This document shows, one piece after another, positions 46,101-57,800 of a stretch of DNA of 64,000 bases; position 1 is the first letter of the stretch, and the number at the start of each line of letters is the position of its first letter. The stretch spans positions 32,001-96,000 of the IMG/VR virus record IMGVR_UViG_3300021952_000001; one strand, 5' to 3'. The notes under the pieces were generated by a model. The model was not told the DNA's origin and did no database searches. It saw nothing but the letters and a program-made list of their open reading frames with translations. This DNA comes from a virus (taxonomy: Duplodnaviria > Caudoviricetes). The translations under genes and the position numbers were made by a program.

Positions 46101-49100
46101 GAAGTATTGAAACTCAAGAAGAAAAACTTGCAAAAAATAAAGAACAATTAGATAGAGAACAAACTGAAATTGAAAAGAACTCTGGAACTGTAGCAACAGT
46201 TGATACATCATCTACTGCTATTCAAGAAGAAGGAAAGTTAAAATCAATATCAAAGTTATTTACATCTAGTACAACTGCATCTGAAGATTATAGTGATCCT
46301 ACACAATCTGCAGCACATATAACTCGTTCTAGATCTTTCTTGAATAAAGTTAAATCATTTAAGAATAGAAGTAATATAAAAGCTATCTTGGTTACACCTA
46401 ATCAAGTAAATGCACTTGGTCTTACTGGTCTTGTGCAAATGTCTTATGGTGTTATTTTAGAAACTCCATTATCAGATATTGAGAATGTTAATGATATAGA
46501 TAAAGGATTTGTAGCTCAAGTATTTATTGTACAAGAGAATGGTAAGAATTACTTTATATCAGAAGATGGTAAAAAGTTATCTGAAGTGGGAGAGCAAGTT
46601 GATGTTAATCAAGTTGTTTTTCAAACTATGCCTACTACATCATTATATTATGATAATGGAACTCCTAGATTTAGAAGTGATGAAGAAGCAAAAGCTGAAT
46701 CATATTCTAATGCATGGAAAGAATATAGATCTCAATTATTCTCTTCTCCAGATAATGACTACCGTATATTTGATTTTAATGTATCGAGAGGTATTCCTAA
46801 TATAGAAGATGATGCTGCAACAAATCAAGTTGGTGATATATTGATTCCAGAATCAAAAATTAATTCAGCAGAAGGCTTAATTACAATCTCTACAACGGGA
46901 GCAATTGATCACAATGGTGAAGCAATCAACTTTCCTGTAGGTGTGCCTGTATTACAATATGGTGATACATTACAGTTCTTGAATAATAGAAGATTTAATG
47001 ATAGAGAAGCTAAAGGTGTTTTCCAAACAATCAAAGCTCTTGCTGAAGATACACTTAAACAATCTGAAGCTGGTAAGTCTATAAGATTAAATAGAGGGTA
47101 TACAGATTTCTTACAGAATGTTTTATTCTGGAAATCAAAAGGTAAGGAAACATTAGCTCCAAACCAAATCAGTCTTAACACTTCTAACATGACTATTAAC
47201 TTAGGTGGTAATAGTTATGCTTTAACTGATATTGCTAATAATGAATCAGCAATTATTGATCAGTTGAAGAATACTTATATTAGTGTAAACAATAAATCTT
47301 TAACAAAAGATTTTAGTATTCCTTTTACAGAATATTATATTAACCAAGCTGGTGAGTTTACCTCTTCAGAATGGAAAAACTATCAATCATTCTTGTTATC
47401 TAGCAAATACCCTAGTGGTAAAGTTAGACCAGAAGGAGATACTCCTTTAACAACTAATGTAGCTAAACCTACAGAAGCTGTTCCTTATTCATTCAAACAA
47501 AAGTATTCTACATTAACTGGTGTAGAATTTAATCTTAAAGCTGCTACTCCTAAAAAAGCTGCACCAGCAAAAACTGCTGGTCCTAAGATTGGTGAGTATA
47601 ATGTTGATGGTGAGACAGTTAATGATTATAAATTGAGTGGAGATCGTATTGTAAACTTTACAGCATCTATTAATGATGGTGTAGTGTCTGCTATTGTAGT
47701 TAGTAATTCTATTACACAAGAATTAGCTTCTGATTCACAAAAGATGTCAGATATTATAATTCCTCAAGTAAAAGCTATTGCTGAAGAAAAAGGAGAACAG
47801 TTTGATGCTACCAAAACAGATGAGCAATATGTATTTGATTATTTATCAAATGCTATTGCTAGTGATTTACAAAACCAATTAGCTCCTCAAGAGGAAGTGG
47901 TTGAAGAAGTTTCTAAACCTGAAGAAATTATCGAAGAAACTCCAGAGTCTGATACATACAATCCTGAGAATACAGAATATCCAGACGTACCATTTAGAAA
48001 GGTTGGTGGTGTAGATGTTGAAAGAATGACAAATACTGACATAGAAGCATTCAAAGAATGGCATGCTGCTAATGTTCCCAATATTCCATTTGAGATATTA
48101 CAAAATATTATCACTACACATGATGGAGAAAAAGCTTGGGGAGCATTTGAAAATGGTGTAGCTAAGTTTATGAAAGGTGGTCAAAGAGGTACAGAGTATC
48201 ATGAAATCTTTGAAGCCATCTATAATGCTATGTTATCTAAAGATCAACAACAAGAATTACTTGATGAGTTTAAATCTAAACCAGGTAAGTTTTTAGATAG
48301 AGAATCTGGTAAGAAAATTAATTATGATGAAGCTACAGACTTACAAGCTAAAGAAAGAATAGCAGATGACTTTGCTGACTTTAGACTTGGTAAACTTGCA
48401 GCTAGAACATTAGGTGAAAGAATATCTAAGTTTTTCAAATCAATTGTAGATTTCTTTAAAGCGTTTGTAACTAAGCCTTCTGTTAAATCAGAATTGTTCA
48501 AAGCAATCAATACAGGTAAGTTCAAAGAAGAAGTCTTAAAAGAGACTAATAATGAATTTGCTCAATATAGTAGAGTTGGTAAACTTAGTGTAAAACAAAC
48601 ACAAGAGTATATTGAAGATATTACTGCTCGTGCTGCAGGATTTTTATTTAGTGAAAGTCAAAAAGGTTTATTGTTTTCTCCTGAGAAAATTACTAGTGCA
48701 GAAATGTTTAGTAAGATTGAAGCAATGTATATTAAAGAAGGCAAGTTACAAGAACTTGGTGCGTCTACATGGAAAGATCTTAAAGTTAAAACTTTAGAAA
48801 AGCTTCGTACATTAGGAGTTAATTTTAATGCAGATGATGTAATATCTATTAATGATGAAGAAGCAAATAAAAATGATTATGCTCCAGAACCTTTTTCTGT
48901 AGATTGGAAAAAGAATTCAACAGGTGCAATTAAGTTTTCTTTATCTACATTATTACAAGTAGCTGCAACAAATCAACAGAATAATTTATCTTTGGTATTA
49001 CCAGCACCTGAATTTTCAAGCGTTAGAGGATTAAAACTTTTAAACTTTAGTAAAGCATTTGCTACTGTATTAGATAAACTTTCTAATACATCTAGCATAG

Positions 49101-52100
49101 ATGTTGCTACTAATAAACTTTTAGAACTATCTGTTAACGATCCTAATTATGCTAGATTGTATCAACGTGTTCGTGGTACACTTCCACTTAATGAATTTAG
49201 TAATGACGATTGGAGATACTTCATTCAGTTCATGCAAACATTTACTAAACAAAAACCTGAAGCATTAATCCAATACAAATCTGGAAATGAAGTGTATACT
49301 GGAGCTGCTAACTTATATACAGCTGTTTCACAAGTTCAACAAGGTTGGGTTGAGAATATGAAAGCTATTGCTAAAGTTCCTAAATCAATTATTAGCTTTG
49401 ATAAAAAAAATAAAGTTTATGTAATAGATGAAACTAAACTTAAAGAGTTTGATAATTCTGAGGATGGGATGATTAACATGTTAAATGCTATAGGTGTTAA
49501 TTTCTCAGCAGATACATATAAGAGATTAAAAACTTCTCAAAAGAATACATTTGTAAAAGCTGTAAGCTCTATTAAATCTTATTTAGGTAAGAATAATCAG
49601 ATCATGAGTATTACAGGTAAGACTCTTGATATCAATGGACAATTATCTAACTTAGCTGAACTATTAGTTAAAGTTACTAATCCTAATCAAGACTCTACAT
49701 ATTTTGGTGTAGAGGGACAACGTATTGGTACATATGCAAATAATAATGCTCCTTCATTATTTGAAAATGAATTTAATGAATCAGAAACATTAGATGAGCT
49801 TCTTGAAAAAAGACCTGAATTAAATGATATATTTTCTGAGAACAGTCAAGTACTTAAGAAAGGTGGATTATTTTTTGACGAAGAAGGTAATAGAATCAAA
49901 TCTATTAAAGTTAAATACATTCAAGGAACAAAGAATACAGATACAAATAAAGGAACATCTACAAGTAAGTTAACTCTTGGTGATAGATTTACACAAGAGA
50001 TTAACCAAAATATCAATGGTAGATATTATATATTAATTCCTGCAGATGGATCTACAGAATGGGCTATGGATTTAGGTAACACTATTTCATTTGCTAATGT
50101 GGAAAAAGGTAATGCTTGGAAACAAATCAATAATGTATTCAGAGGATATTTGAATGATGAGGTTAGTTTAGCATTAGACTTTGAAAATAGAAAACAATTA
50201 AATAATGTAGCTAGTAAAGCTAAAGAACTTCGTTTCTTTAAAGATATTTTATCTGAAAAAGATTTGAATGCAATTAATGATTTGATTGATAATAATGCTA
50301 CACAAGAACAAGTAGAGAAATATATAAGTGATAACATTGATACTATTAATGAATCAATTAAAAACTTTATCGATAGTACAGCTAATGAAACAAAAAATGT
50401 ATTATTAAATACAGGAGAAGTTCTTTTTATAAATGAAGGAGTATACTCTTATGCAGGATTAGATAGTACATTTGCTCAAGCTGAAAATTTAGATAAATTT
50501 AATATGAATGACGACATCTTAGATAACTTGATGACGTTCACAGCTGCTAATTATATTATTAGTAATATTGAATTACATAAAGTATTATTTGGTGATCCTT
50601 ATCAATTTAAAATTAAAGGTGATCAGTTAGATGAAACTAAACGTATTAAATCTTTCTTATCTCCAAGATTAACAACATTTGATACACCTGAATACAACAC
50701 TTGGTTAAATGAAAACATGAATGCTGTAGAAGATATTAAATTAGCTTCTACAGATCCTGGGTATCATAATTATAAAGCTTATGCAAATACAATCACTGTT
50801 AGTGATATAAATGTAGCAGGAAGTCTTTCTAACTTAGTTAAAGATTATTCTAAAACTAATGAGGCTGATGCAATGTCTTGGATATCAGATGGTGCATATA
50901 AAGAGGTTAAACTTAAAAATGGTCAATGGAGTAATGAAGCGGAAGCTTTCCATCAATGGCAATTGGCTTATACAAGACAAAATTTACCAGGCTATACTTA
51001 TTCAAGTGATAAGTTAGAAGCTCATGATAAAGAACTTATTAGTAAACCAGCTCCTAAATATACAATTGAAGTATTAAAACCTATTGTATCTGGAAACAAA
51101 TATAATAAGAATAATTTTGATCTTGTACTAGATAAGTTCTCTCAAATGCCAATCTACTATAGTATGGTAAAAGGTACTAATCTTGAAAACCTTTATATTC
51201 AGATGATGAAACAAGGTGTAGATTATGCTATCATGGAATCTGGTAGAAAGGTTGGTATTGAAGGTATGCATTCATTATACAATGCAGATGGTTCATTCAA
51301 TGAAGAAGCATTCAATAACAATGTACAAGTTCCTTGGAAAGCTTATGGTATTCAAGTGGAGACAGCAACTGAAGGTGATAAAACACAAACTAGAGGATCT
51401 CAGTTAACTAAACTTTCTAGTATGGACTTATTCAATAATGGTGTTGCATCTAGTCCAGCAGCTGAGAAAGAATACAAACGTAATACAGACATCTTAAACA
51501 AGATGAATGAGAACGCTTACAATACTCTTTTAAACAAACTAGGATTAACTGATACAGGTAATGGTTTCACTATGGATAGTGTTACTGTTTCTGAGACATT
51601 AGTTTATGAAATGTTAAGAAGAGAAGTTTCTCAAAATACAAAAGATACAGTTCAGTTAGATGATAATGGTGAATTCCGTATTCCATTTGAAGCATCTCCT
51701 TCTTATGTACAAATCAGAAGTATCATTTATGCAATGGTTAATAAGGCTCTTATTTCTCCAAAGTTAAATGGTGGTGCTCATGTTCAGGTTCCTGCTACAA
51801 TGTTTGAGTCTGCAACCAAAGGAAGAAGTCTTGCTATCAAAACAGAAAAAGGCTGGGAGAAAATATCTAAAACAGACTACAATAAATTGTCTGATGAAGA
51901 TAAAAAGAAAGTGATGTTAACAGATGATACTCTTAAGTTTTACACTAGAGAGAATCCGTATTGTGAAGTGATGCTTCCTCATTGGTTCAAAGGTAAGTTT
52001 GGAAATAAAACTGATGAAGAGATTATTAAATATCTAAATAATACTGAAGAAGGTAGATCTATACTTAGTGGTATTGGATTCCGTATTCCTACACAAGCTT

Positions 52101-54895
52101 TGTCTTCTGTAGAAGTATTTAGAGTGAAAGGTTTTCTTCCACAATATATGGGAGCTACAGTGGTAGTGCCATCAGAAATCACTACTAAAGCAGGATCGGA
52201 TTTTGATATTGATAAATTGAACATGTACCTTAAAGCTGTATATACAGATAGATCTGGTAATGTTAAGTTAGTTAAATATTTAGGAACTGAAGAAGCAACT
52301 AAAGACTTTTATAGTAAAGTGTTTGATGATACTCTTGCAATAGAACAAATGGCCAAAGCTGATCTTATAGAAGCAGTTGATATTATCATTAATGGATTAG
52401 AAGATCCAAAAGGACTAATTGACAAATATGGTAATTACATATTATCTGTACAAGATGAATATGATAATCCATATGATTTTAGAGCAATCATTGAAAATAA
52501 ACTTGAGAAACTTACAGATAGTAATTTACAATCTGGATTACGTGAAGATTTTGTAAATGATATGTATAAGAAATCTCTTGAGAATGAATATTATGATTCT
52601 CTTGCTAAACTTCTTACACTTCCTGAAAACTTTGATAGATTAATTTCTCCTGTAGATGATGCTGGATTAAAAACATTATCAGAGAAGTTAGATAAATTAA
52701 GAGGATATAATGAAGGAGACATTAAGAACAGACTTCTTAATAGAAACTACATGACTAGTCTTAGACATGCATTTGTTATAGCTAAAAGATGGGTTGGTAT
52801 ATCAGCAGTGAATATTACTAACTTATCATTGAAACAAAAAAGTAAAGTGTACATTGATCCTACTAAGTTTGAAATTATTTCTGAAAAAGATAGAAATATA
52901 CTTGGAGATGGAAAAGTTAATATCAAACACAATACAGTTGATGTTGATGGTAAACAAATGATTTCTTTATCTGGAACTAATGTTGCTGATGATTCAGATG
53001 CATTGATATCAGGAAGATTATCTGGATATGCTACAGCATTTGTGGATGTTGCTAAAGATCCATTTATTCTTAAACTTATTCAAAGTAACTCTGTCGTAGG
53101 TACATTTATGTTCTTAGAAAATATTGGTGCAGGAGAAGAAGGAATCATGTTTTTAAATCAACCAATCATTGATGAGTATTTGAAGATTGTTGATAATGCT
53201 CGCACACAGAATTTGTTTAATGATGCACTTGTTGATTTTGTTCAAGATTTGTTTCCTACTACACAAACTCTTTTATATGAAGCTAAAGTTATACCAGCTA
53301 ATTTTGAATCAAATATATCAGGATATTACACTGGTAAATTAAATGAAAAACAAAATGCTGAACAACATGTAATTTTAAAAGAGTTCTTGAAGTATGCAAA
53401 GATGGCTGAGTATAATTATAAGTTTACACAAGCTACAAATTATGACACAACTAGATTTGGTAGTGGAGAAGAGTTTTCTAAAAAGCAATTAAGAACAGAT
53501 AATGCTCGTAGCGCAAGTATTATTTCTTCTGTGGATAATGTATTAAATACAACATTTATCGGTAAGCTAGAAAAACTATTAAGTAGTTCTATGCAGTCAA
53601 TGGGTGCTATCTTCAGACTTGAGCAAGATGATATGAGAATAATTACTGAAGATGTATTGAGACCATTCAGTGAAAACGAATACTTAAGTGCAGACAACTA
53701 TAATAAAGTTGCTTTACAAATCAAATCTTCTTTCTTAGATTATATTATTCAAACTAAGACAGGATTAAATGCTGGTATAAAACAATTAATTGTAGATAAT
53801 GAAACTTCTGTAGCTGCTAGATTAGAAAAAGCAAAAGCTAAATATCCTAATATACAGATACTTAAGGATTTACAAATTGTAAGTGGTGATAGAGTGGATG
53901 GCGCTAAGAGTGTTAAACTTGTAGCAAATATAAAAGATGCTTACGATGAGGATATCTATGTAGGTATGATGAGAGAACTTAGAGATACTAATCCAGAATT
54001 GAATCAATTATACAAAGATCTTGTAAGTGTATCTATTCTACAAGGAGGATATCAATCTGCAATCTCTATTAAAAACATTATACCAATAGAAGATTATAGT
54101 GAGATTGTAACTCCTGTTGTAAACTCTATTACATCTAATGAATCATTACAAGCTTTTTCTAAAGGAATGTTTCAAAGAAATAATTTTGCTGATGATGCAA
54201 TTATGCCTGTAGTACAACCTAAATTCTTTACAGCTTCTGACATGCCAATTGGTGAACAAGTTAATTCAATTGGTGAACACTATGCAGATGTATATCAATA
54301 CTATTCATCATTATTTCCAAATGTTGATGTATTAAATATTAAATCTACAGACAGAAAGATTTTATTATTAAATCCAAAGTATAACTACTTTGATGTTAAG
54401 AATGATTTTGTAAAAGTTCCTAGAGTGGTAACTGATAGAAAAACTGGAGCAAATATTGATATGGTTACAGGTAAAACTATAACTAAGCTTGACTATGTTA
54501 ATAGAAAGAAAAAAGGGGACTATTCATTACAAGATGTATTTGGTTATGCAAAAGTTAAATTAGCTACTGGAGAACCATTAATTAACTATGAAACTAAGAA
54601 TAATAAAACAGAAGAATTCTATGTATATAAGTTAGTTAATCTATATGGTGATGGTCAAAGAGCTAATGAGCATTATTCAGACTTTAGACAATCAGTAATA
54701 GAGAATGGTACAATCCAGATAAATCAAGAAATTCCAGATGCAGATATTATTGAATACTACGGTGGTGAGATTACTAAAAAAGATGTATCTTTACCAACAT
54801 CTGTAGAAACTTTAATTGAAAAACCTGAAGATATATCTCAAGAAGAATGGGATGGTTTATCTCAAGAAGAAAAGAATAAAATAAACGAATGTTAA
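43190..54895 (+). CDS. virion-packaged RNA polymerase (two-barrel, phi14:2 gp66-like), multi-domain
   Basis: Catalytic GSDFDIDK at ~52199-52213, preceded by GFRIPTQ; DETKR, EADAMSW and DVAKDP motifs; degenerate zincin YHEIFE at 48200-48214. Confidence 0.9.
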   Translation: MPIFDNELINNTSNRGAAPERPYLASPDTLEVDVNINPVQGGNIGGNNISRKGMSIDEMSSLTHAPSKGSTFSSPMGMARRSELIDNQRYPVYQRGVDLENIYGLQQSAFTQLGHSLIKTGIRAAGTFAQSLTNIPNAISAAKNADSSKLAGDPNGYEGGIDHWVNNFENTIPNYYSRYEKEHPHLAMIPGFTGSANFWGESVLKNLGFTAGAIAGAAIQDLAVGVLTEGIGEIPLVASQIGKASLWFNKILSGTNDAEKVLDIAKAAGAGQKALLSAESLAHAAAYTKVANGFRYGTSLLGSAMTEAGVEGRDSYETVKKTLLENYKLDHPGEEITAEEAGKIEEYATNAMNTRFGINMALLTVSNAIQFDNLFKSFSNAEKGVVGSLTKTLEDTGKIGLKEGSLDVFEKKGAANISEKIWDVVKPKLTNVLSEGVYEEGGQFAAEKGTYDYYTRKYKNLNNPENKKSWDALNETMHSTAYGLSEQFNTTEGIDNMLIGGLTAVITGGIQGKIDNIRGNGKDARLTSSINMLNKYGLTGILSNKYDNTLNSIGIAKEMEDAANSKNIFKYKNLKHDMFFNFVQSRIPSGMHDVTIDQLTMLKDLSKEDFEKTFGMDFNTSNKKTVDGYVDTLIDEANSIKETTDAINNTYKNPFKFTVDPKNEDDHSENLKYNTFESWKTDLSYFNSVKIDSTDRLASIQNDLININPMLTNAGLADILDKESLTDLAKSYEEEANRLNNTITEYTSNTDKKATRAQVKTLRTNSEKINIALGKNDLDLKTFHSLLNFELNNQDATKDDIVGLDKAPDLYNLGADVVQHNLRKKQAIESFNNLSTKEGFDKYFKQADNIANDEVDEEDLFPQNKKEPTFVNDSKEREKLEVGREYTIDKTKRVNVRKIADDRYQVTAPDGTVSFHKTKESAQEEAKDLSGENTNLSKVKVIGITDEGLVKVEDVNGDILNIDPKRLRGYRSIETQEEKLAKNKEQLDREQTEIEKNSGTVATVDTSSTAIQEEGKLKSISKLFTSSTTASEDYSDPTQSAAHITRSRSFLNKVKSFKNRSNIKAILVTPNQVNALGLTGLVQMSYGVILETPLSDIENVNDIDKGFVAQVFIVQENGKNYFISEDGKKLSEVGEQVDVNQVVFQTMPTTSLYYDNGTPRFRSDEEAKAESYSNAWKEYRSQLFSSPDNDYRIFDFNVSRGIPNIEDDAATNQVGDILIPESKINSAEGLITISTTGAIDHNGEAINFPVGVPVLQYGDTLQFLNNRRFNDREAKGVFQTIKALAEDTLKQSEAGKSIRLNRGYTDFLQNVLFWKSKGKETLAPNQISLNTSNMTINLGGNSYALTDIANNESAIIDQLKNTYISVNNKSLTKDFSIPFTEYYINQAGEFTSSEWKNYQSFLLSSKYPSGKVRPEGDTPLTTNVAKPTEAVPYSFKQKYSTLTGVEFNLKAATPKKAAPAKTAGPKIGEYNVDGETVNDYKLSGDRIVNFTASINDGVVSAIVVSNSITQELASDSQKMSDIIIPQVKAIAEEKGEQFDATKTDEQYVFDYLSNAIASDLQNQLAPQEEVVEEVSKPEEIIEETPESDTYNPENTEYPDVPFRKVGGVDVERMTNTDIEAFKEWHAANVPNIPFEILQNIITTHDGEKAWGAFENGVAKFMKGGQRGTEYHEIFEAIYNAMLSKDQQQELLDEFKSKPGKFLDRESGKKINYDEATDLQAKERIADDFADFRLGKLAARTLGERISKFFKSIVDFFKAFVTKPSVKSELFKAINTGKFKEEVLKETNNEFAQYSRVGKLSVKQTQEYIEDITARAAGFLFSESQKGLLFSPEKITSAEMFSKIEAMYIKEGKLQELGASTWKDLKVKTLEKLRTLGVNFNADDVISINDEEANKNDYAPEPFSVDWKKNSTGAIKFSLSTLLQVAATNQQNNLSLVLPAPEFSSVRGLKLLNFSKAFATVLDKLSNTSSIDVATNKLLELSVNDPNYARLYQRVRGTLPLNEFSNDDWRYFIQFMQTFTKQKPEALIQYKSGNEVYTGAANLYTAVSQVQQGWVENMKAIAKVPKSIISFDKKNKVYVIDETKLKEFDNSEDGMINMLNAIGVNFSADTYKRLKTSQKNTFVKAVSSIKSYLGKNNQIMSITGKTLDINGQLSNLAELLVKVTNPNQDSTYFGVEGQRIGTYANNNAPSLFENEFNESETLDELLEKRPELNDIFSENSQVLKKGGLFFDEEGNRIKSIKVKYIQGTKNTDTNKGTSTSKLTLGDRFTQEINQNINGRYYILIPADGSTEWAMDLGNTISFANVEKGNAWKQINNVFRGYLNDEVSLALDFENRKQLNNVASKAKELRFFKDILSEKDLNAINDLIDNNATQEQVEKYISDNIDTINESIKNFIDSTANETKNVLLNTGEVLFINEGVYSYAGLDSTFAQAENLDKFNMNDDILDNLMTFTAANYIISNIELHKVLFGDPYQFKIKGDQLDETKRIKSFLSPRLTTFDTPEYNTWLNENMNAVEDIKLASTDPGYHNYKAYANTITVSDINVAGSLSNLVKDYSKTNEADAMSWISDGAYKEVKLKNGQWSNEAEAFHQWQLAYTRQNLPGYTYSSDKLEAHDKELISKPAPKYTIEVLKPIVSGNKYNKNNFDLVLDKFSQMPIYYSMVKGTNLENLYIQMMKQGVDYAIMESGRKVGIEGMHSLYNADGSFNEEAFNNNVQVPWKAYGIQVETATEGDKTQTRGSQLTKLSSMDLFNNGVASSPAAEKEYKRNTDILNKMNENAYNTLLNKLGLTDTGNGFTMDSVTVSETLVYEMLRREVSQNTKDTVQLDDNGEFRIPFEASPSYVQIRSIIYAMVNKALISPKLNGGAHVQVPATMFESATKGRSLAIKTEKGWEKISKTDYNKLSDEDKKKVMLTDDTLKFYTRENPYCEVMLPHWFKGKFGNKTDEEIIKYLNNTEEGRSILSGIGFRIPTQALSSVEVFRVKGFLPQYMGATVVVPSEITTKAGSDFDIDKLNMYLKAVYTDRSGNVKLVKYLGTEEATKDFYSKVFDDTLAIEQMAKADLIEAVDIIINGLEDPKGLIDKYGNYILSVQDEYDNPYDFRAIIENKLEKLTDSNLQSGLREDFVNDMYKKSLENEYYDSLAKLLTLPENFDRLISPVDDAGLKTLSEKLDKLRGYNEGDIKNRLLNRNYMTSLRHAFVIAKRWVGISAVNITNLSLKQKSKVYIDPTKFEIISEKDRNILGDGKVNIKHNTVDVDGKQMISLSGTNVADDSDALISGRLSGYATAFVDVAKDPFILKLIQSNSVVGTFMFLENIGAGEEGIMFLNQPIIDEYLKIVDNARTQNLFNDALVDFVQDLFPTTQTLLYEAKVIPANFESNISGYYTGKLNEKQNAEQHVILKEFLKYAKMAEYNYKFTQATNYDTTRFGSGEEFSKKQLRTDNARSASIISSVDNVLNTTFIGKLEKLLSSSMQSMGAIFRLEQDDMRIITEDVLRPFSENEYLSADNYNKVALQIKSSFLDYIIQTKTGLNAGIKQLIVDNETSVAARLEKAKAKYPNIQILKDLQIVSGDRVDGAKSVKLVANIKDAYDEDIYVGMMRELRDTNPELNQLYKDLVSVSILQGGYQSAISIKNIIPIEDYSEIVTPVVNSITSNESLQAFSKGMFQRNNFADDAIMPVVQPKFFTASDMPIGEQVNSIGEHYADVYQYYSSLFPNVDVLNIKSTDRKILLLNPKYNYFDVKNDFVKVPRVVTDRKTGANIDMVTGKTITKLDYVNRKKKGDYSLQDVFGYAKVKLATGEPLINYETKNNKTEEFYVYKLVNLYGDGQRANEHYSDFRQSVIENGTIQINQEIPDADIIEYYGGEITKKDVSLPTSVETLIEKPEDISQEEWDGLSQEEKNKINEC

Positions 54896-54896
54896 T

Positions 54897-57800
54897 ATGG
54901 CACATTGTGTAAATAGAAGTTCTCAAGAATTTATAGCATTAGCTGAACAATCAAATATCAATCCAATAATTCTTGCTGCAAAGGTTTCTTTGTGGCAGGA
55001 AAAAAATGGATTAGATAACTTTCCCACAGTAGAAGATATATCAAATATTAAATCAAAAGGAGAAGTATTTAATACAGAAAGCTCTATATCATCTCCTAAG
55101 ACAATTGCACTTATAAATGATTTTTTATCAAGAATTGGTGTAGATGTCAAATCTACAAAAGATATTGTAGTTAATGGTATACGTGTGGATGCTAATGCTG
55201 TTGCAAACATTACACAGTCATTAGTTCAAGTGGTAGAAGGTAAAGAATCTAGAGCTCTTACAGAAGAGGCTATGCACTTTGCTGTAGAAATACTTGAACA
55301 AAAAAATCCAAAGTTATTTAATCAATTACTTAAAGAGATTAATAATTATGCATTATTAAGAGATGTAATGTCTGAGTATTCTACAAATCCATTATATCAA
55401 ACTACCGATGGTAAACCAGATATTCGTAAAATAAAAAAAGAAGCTATAGGTAAAGTGTTGGCTGAAACTGTGATTAATCAAAACGAAGGATCTACAGAAA
55501 ATCCTGAACTATTGGCTAAAGTTGAATCATGGTGGAGTGAAATATTAAACTTCTTAAAAGGATTATTTGTAACAAGTGGATTTGATTCAGCAGCAATGAA
55601 AGTGCTATCTGGAGAAGCTATTGGTACAGTTGCAGATATTAGAGCTGAAGAAGGAACAGTGTTCTTACAAAAAACTAAACAAGAACAAGTATTTGATAGT
55701 ATCAAAGAAATGAGTTCTAAGATTACTAAACCAGAAGAAGACTATTACATTGATGGTAGAAAGATTGGTAGACGTGTAAGTAATCTTGTTGCTGATTGGT
55801 ACGAGCGTAGATTTAAAAGTAATGATCTTACTAAGAGTGAATTTCAAAAAGCTGTAGATGATCTTAAAGCTGAGAAAGGAACAGCAGGACATGCTGATTT
55901 CGAACATGCCTTTGAAATATTTGTAGATGAGAATGGATTCTTAAGAGATGAACCATTAGATGATAGTGGATATGTTTCTCAAATAAATCCTGCTAACAAT
56001 GACATGTATGAACTTCTTAAGAACAATCTTAAGGATCGTTTAAATTCATTTCCTAAAGAAAATGGAGGAACTAGATTCATGTCTGAGGCTACAATTTATG
56101 ATGCTCAAAGAGATATTGCTGGTACTGTAGATTTCTTAGCTGTTACACCAGAAGGAAAGGTTAGTATCCTTGACTGGAAGTTTATGGATCTTAACACAGA
56201 TAAGTATACAGATATTCCTTGGTATAAAGTAAATGCTTGGAATACTCAAATGGACCAATATAAATATATTATTGGTAAGACATATAATGTTAAGAATGAG
56301 AACTTTGAACAGACTAGAATGATTCCAATCAAGGCTGTTTATACAAAAGCAAATCCTAAGACAGGAGCTCTTCCTAAATTATTAAATATAAAAATTGGAG
56401 ATGTTAATGTTAAAAACATTAAAGAAGATTATTTACTTCCTGTAGGACTTCAGTCTGAAAAAACTGGTAATAAAAAAATTGATACATTACTTGAAAAACT
56501 TAATGCTATCTACAAAAAACTTTCTGAAGAGAAAGTCTTACCTTCTGATAAACTAAACAAGGCTGAGCAATTAAATGCATTGTTCTCTGCAATTAGACAA
56601 TTACAAGTGAAGCAAAACATTGCTCCATTGTTGTATCAAGCTAAAGTGTTGAATAAACAAGTGCAAGGTATATTAGATAAATACAAATCAGAATTTGAAG
56701 GTAAGGATGCTAAATCATTCACTGCAGATCAAATATCTGATTTTGCAGAAAGTATTGAAACTGCAAGAGAAGCATTGACTGCATATACTAAACTTGATAC
56801 AGAACTTAGATTCTTATTTGCAGGAGAACTATCTGATGAAGATAAAAAACTAAAAGAAGATTTAAGAGATACAGTTGATAATGCTAGAGAGTATGAAGAT
56901 CTTTTAAAAGATGTTGATGAGGAATTTACTAATGATATAATTGGAGGTAGTGAAAATGTTAAAAATCTTTCCACTCCAGAAAAGATTGTTAGAGGTATTA
57001 GTAAAATGTTTGGTAACACTGCTACATTACAGTTAAAAGGATTAGAGGTGTTATTTAAAAAAGCAAATAAAGCATTTGCTTTTGCTGGTATGGATACTTT
57101 AGCTGAAGTAAAAAAACTTACTGCTTTAAAAGAATCATATGAGAAATGGGCATCTAGTAAAGGGTTGACTAAAAAAAATATGTTTAATGCTATTCAAAAA
57201 CAAGATGCTAATGAATTAATTGATGAGTTCAATCCTGAGTTTTATAGCACATTAAAAAAGAAAATACAAGATCAAGATTTTAAATGGATAAAAGAAAATG
57301 TTGATGTTGATGTTTATAAAAAACATATAGAAGAAAAAAAGAAAGAAGAAATTTTAAGAATATCAAACAAACCTAGAATTGGTACAGATGCACAGAATGC
57401 ATTTGATATTAAAAGAGAACTAACAAAAGTTAATGATCTTTATAGTTTATCAACTCCTACAGGTATTGGATGGTTATTATATGATGACATTAAAAACTTT
57501 CCTAAAAGAGAAACATGGGAAAGTGAACAGTGGAAAGAATTAATTAAACCAGAAAATAAACCTGCCAAAGACTTTTATGATTACATTAAAGAAAGAAATG
57601 AGTATTATAAAGAGATAGGATATATCAATGCTAAACAAGCTAGAACATTCTTACCGTGGGTGAGAAAAGGGTTATCTGAAAAACTTATATTTGGAGGAAA
57701 AATTTCTGTAGGAGAACAATTCTTACGACATATATCTGTAGATGAAGGAGATATTGGTTATGGTAAAGTTGATCCTTTAACTGGTAAGCCAGTTGATTCT

